From contig MU004231.1 in assembly GCA_010405405.1 (NCBI GenBank), positions 2,846,401 to 2,910,400 of the forward strand: DNA of 64,000 nucleotides, given 5' to 3'. Below, in pieces: positions 61,025-64,000 of this stretch (position 1 is the first letter of the stretch; every line of letters starts with the position of its first letter). This stretch comes from Microthyrium microscopicum (Eukaryota). Below the pieces are notes generated by a model that made no database searches, was not told where the DNA came from, and saw only the letters and a program-made list of their open reading frames with translations. The translations under genes and the position numbers were made by a program.

Positions 61025-64000
61025 TCAAACCGGACTCCTCGCCCTCCCCATAGCAATCTCACTTCTCCCCCTCCTCTCCCTCCCCCTAACAACCTCAATA
61101 CCAGCCCCCTCATCCAAACTACACACCCGCAATCCAATAACACACGTCGCCTGCCACGGATCATCCGCATACATCTCATCATCACTGCTCCCACTCCCAC
61201 TGCCCCTTCCACCCGCGCCCAGCCCTCCATCATCACCGTCACTCCTATCGCTCGATGGCGGCCCATCAATATCGCTGTCCCATGGAAAATCATCGTCGCA
61301 TACGGAGCTCACTGGACTGATCGGTGGGCCCCTGTCAGAGCCGCCGGAGGAGAAGGAGCGCCGGCGGTGGTGCATGTGGCGAGGTGGGCCGGGTGGCATC
61401 ATGCCTGGGCGTGGACGGTCGATTATTATTACTTCGCCGGGTGGTGGTGGGCCGGGCGGGCCGTGGTGGCCTGGATGGCCGGGAGGTAAGTGGCGTGGAG
61501 GGGGAGGGAAGTTTTGGGGGAAGCGTGGGCCGCGGATATTGGGGTCGTCGTCAGTGGGTTTCTGGGGATGATCGGTAGGCTTTGGTGGTGAGGTATCTGG
61601 TGCATCTGGGCTCTCAGCTTGGTTGTCGGTGTCTTGGGAGTCTTTGGGTGTTGGCTCGAAGACGAAGACTTTGGACGGAGGGATTTTCTCTTCTGGTGGG
61701 ACGGTGGGTTTGTCTGTGTCGTTTGATGCTTCTGGCTCGACGGATGCTGTGGACGATCCAGGAGTTATAGGGGCTACGCGCTCCTGAGCTTTACTTTTAG
61801 GCACATCAAGCGGAATGTGTTTGGGGCGCTTTGGTCTTTCTTCTCCAGAATCATATGGGGAACCTTCACTTCCTGAAGACTCGCTGCTTGTCGAAGAGAT
61901 ATCCGATGCGCTTTCAACTTCCTGGGGAGAAATCCTATGGTCTCCGTTGAGAGGATTGACTAGTTTGGTATCGCCAGTGTGCTCCGGATCGTCGGCTTTG
62001 TTAGTACCGTCATCATCCGGTGCTGTCTTGCCTTTTTTCTTCTTCTCCGCTTTCCTGGCCTTTCTTTGCTTCCTTGCCTTTCTGTGAGCCTTCTTCTGAC
62101 GGGCATATTCCTCTTTCTCTTTCTTGATCTGCTCGTCTCTCTTCTTTTTCAGTTCCTCATCCCTCTTCTTCATCTTTTCATCTCTAATCTTCTTTTTCGC
62201 TGCCACCTTTTTATCAAGTTCATCTCTCAGGCGCTTATGTCTAGCCTTCTCTCTGTCTCTCTCCTTCTGACGACGAGCTCTTTGCCTGACCATCTCGTCT
62301 CGATTGCGCTGCTTATTCTCTTTCAACTCATTGTCATAATTTCCAATTTCAAGCTCGCGCAGTTTGCCTTTGGAGTGAGTGAGATCAAAACTTTTTCCAA
62401 TGGCCAGAAGCTTTTCCCGACGATCATCCCGATACTCGCGAATGATCTGATCTGGGGTTCTCTTGTTATCGACGCGTTCCGCAGTGATCTTTAGAAGAAG
62501 CTCGTAAGTGCCAGGCTCAAGATCAATTTCAGCATTGCATGACCGCATATTTCCAGACTGCTGCATTGAACGCAGCAGGTAAATATTCTCGCCTTTCTTG
62601 TACAGTCTGAAATGTAGGCTATACTTGTAGCGACCAGTCAAGCCCTTGAAATATCGCGTATCTGGTTGCGACAGGACTAAAACGACAGGCCCGGCCTTGG
62701 TAACAGTCACCTCAAAGCCAGTGTCAAGATAATCCGTGGTCCAGGGCACATTGACTGAAGTCCATTGCTGCGTTACAGTCCATTCCGGGCCAATAAGGCG
62801 AATTCTGTCGATAACAGGATAGTACTTCAAGAAATCCTGATAGGAAATAAAGAATGTTCCATCGTCGCCCATCGTATGATTCAGCTCTTTCAAGACATCT
62901 GGCGTCCATTCTTTGCTTCCATCACTCCAAGCTCCGTTCCATTCTTGGTTGCCCCAAGGATTGTGAAGCTTTAGAAGTCTGATCTTGCCATCTTTGGTTA
63001 TCTCCTTCTTCCTCTTCTCTTGCTCTTCCTTCAATTTCTTTTTGGAAAGCTTCCTGCCTTCGAGGGGCGGTGCATCAATCTCGCGGGCTTCTAGAACTGT
63101 ATATGCATGACCTCTCACGAAACCCTCGTCATCAGCCGAATCACTATCACGACCTTTCCGAGTTCCACATCCGAAGAGAAACTTGTCATTGACTTGCATC
63201 AATTCGCCCCAGAGTTGGGCCTTGTCCAAGACATTCTCTGAGCGAACATAGCTTGCAACACCGCCAGTCAGATCTTCGATTCCTTCACTACACAGTGTGA
63301 GTTGAAATAACAGGTCGAGACTGACTTGACTTACCCAGTGACTCCGCCATCAATTGATTGATAGTCGCCGTGCGCTTTCGCGTATGCTTTCTCGATCAAT
63401 GGTAGCCAGGTCTCATTCGACTCTCGACAACTGCCAAAGTACAGCGCATTACTTCCTCGACGTAGAGTTTGCGAAAAGTCCTTGGGCAGCACTTGGACGA
63501 CATGCCCCATTTCTTGCAAAGAATGTGTAAGAGCATTCTTATCACCTCGAGTGATAACCAAAAAGTCTGTAGGATGTTGTTGCTGGTCGTCGGAATATCG
63601 AAGAGCAAGTCTATCATCCACAACCTCCGATATCCATTCACCATCTATATCATTAGTTGACGCTCCTTAAAACTGCTTGTATGCTCTTACCGCGGAAGAA
63701 AACAAATCCATACACTCCAACCTTTTCATCTCTGGCGACACAGAGCTTTTCGATCAGCTCTGGCTTTCCACTCAGTGCTGTGATTGCTGCTAGAAACCAA
63801 CAGTCTCCGACATTGCCTTGTCGAATGTCGTTGGCGCTAGGCCCATCTTCGAAGAATTCCGGCTCGTCAAATATATCCTATAAAAATAAGCCCATGCTCC
63901 TGTGACTTTCAATAATCCTTACCTCGACTCTCTTGACCGCTCCAACTCCCACCACATCCTTCACAGATGAAGGTTGCTCATCAGCGCCCAGGGATACAAG
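61025..64000 (-). CDS. Calpain-like cysteine protease (peptidase C2), 5'-partial, multi-exon
   Basis: RQGNVGDCWFLAA (~63790-63825), WLPLIEKAYAKAHGDY, GHAYTVL, LHNPWG..W.GAWSDGS.EW; charged and Pro-rich tail. Confidence 0.93.

Noticed and set aside
60804..62494. Plus-strand ORFs overlapping calpain, and similar shadow ORFs over MVD1, kinesin and RRP8
   Set aside because: Antisense shadows of biased coding sequence with no motifs.

Overview
Genomic window from a filamentous ascomycete (Pezizomycotina; spliceosomal introns, RIP). It contains two AT-rich blocks, 423-10362 and 32231-41833. Both are full-length, same-orientation, RIP-inactivated copies of one Ty3/Gypsy LTR retrotransposon family (152-bp LTRs, 5-bp TSDs GGCAT and GCCAT, gag-PR-RT-RH-INT relics). 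Between and after them lie about 19 ordinary genes: Bys1-like, FKBP12, HIS2, R3H-associated, EXPERA, RecQ, BTB, two F-box/LRR-like, DRE2, DUF829, GH43, MVD1, heme lyase, kinesin, cutinase, a small secreted protein, a hypothetical protein, RRP8 and calpain, plus a 310-bp MITE. Main observation: the two retroelement copies are collinear over the LTRs, gag and pol, but carry different 1.6-1.9 kb cassettes between pol and the 3' LTR that cannot be aligned at DNA level. Read through the RIP damage, each cassette is one intronless antisense ORF (~615 and ~503 codons). Both start M-A-P behind a shared upstream region, end next to a shared pair of hairpins, and share C-terminal peptide motifs. This looks like a swappable, hypervariable accessory gene of unknown function. 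All translations of RIP-mutated DNA were done by eye and need computational confirmation.
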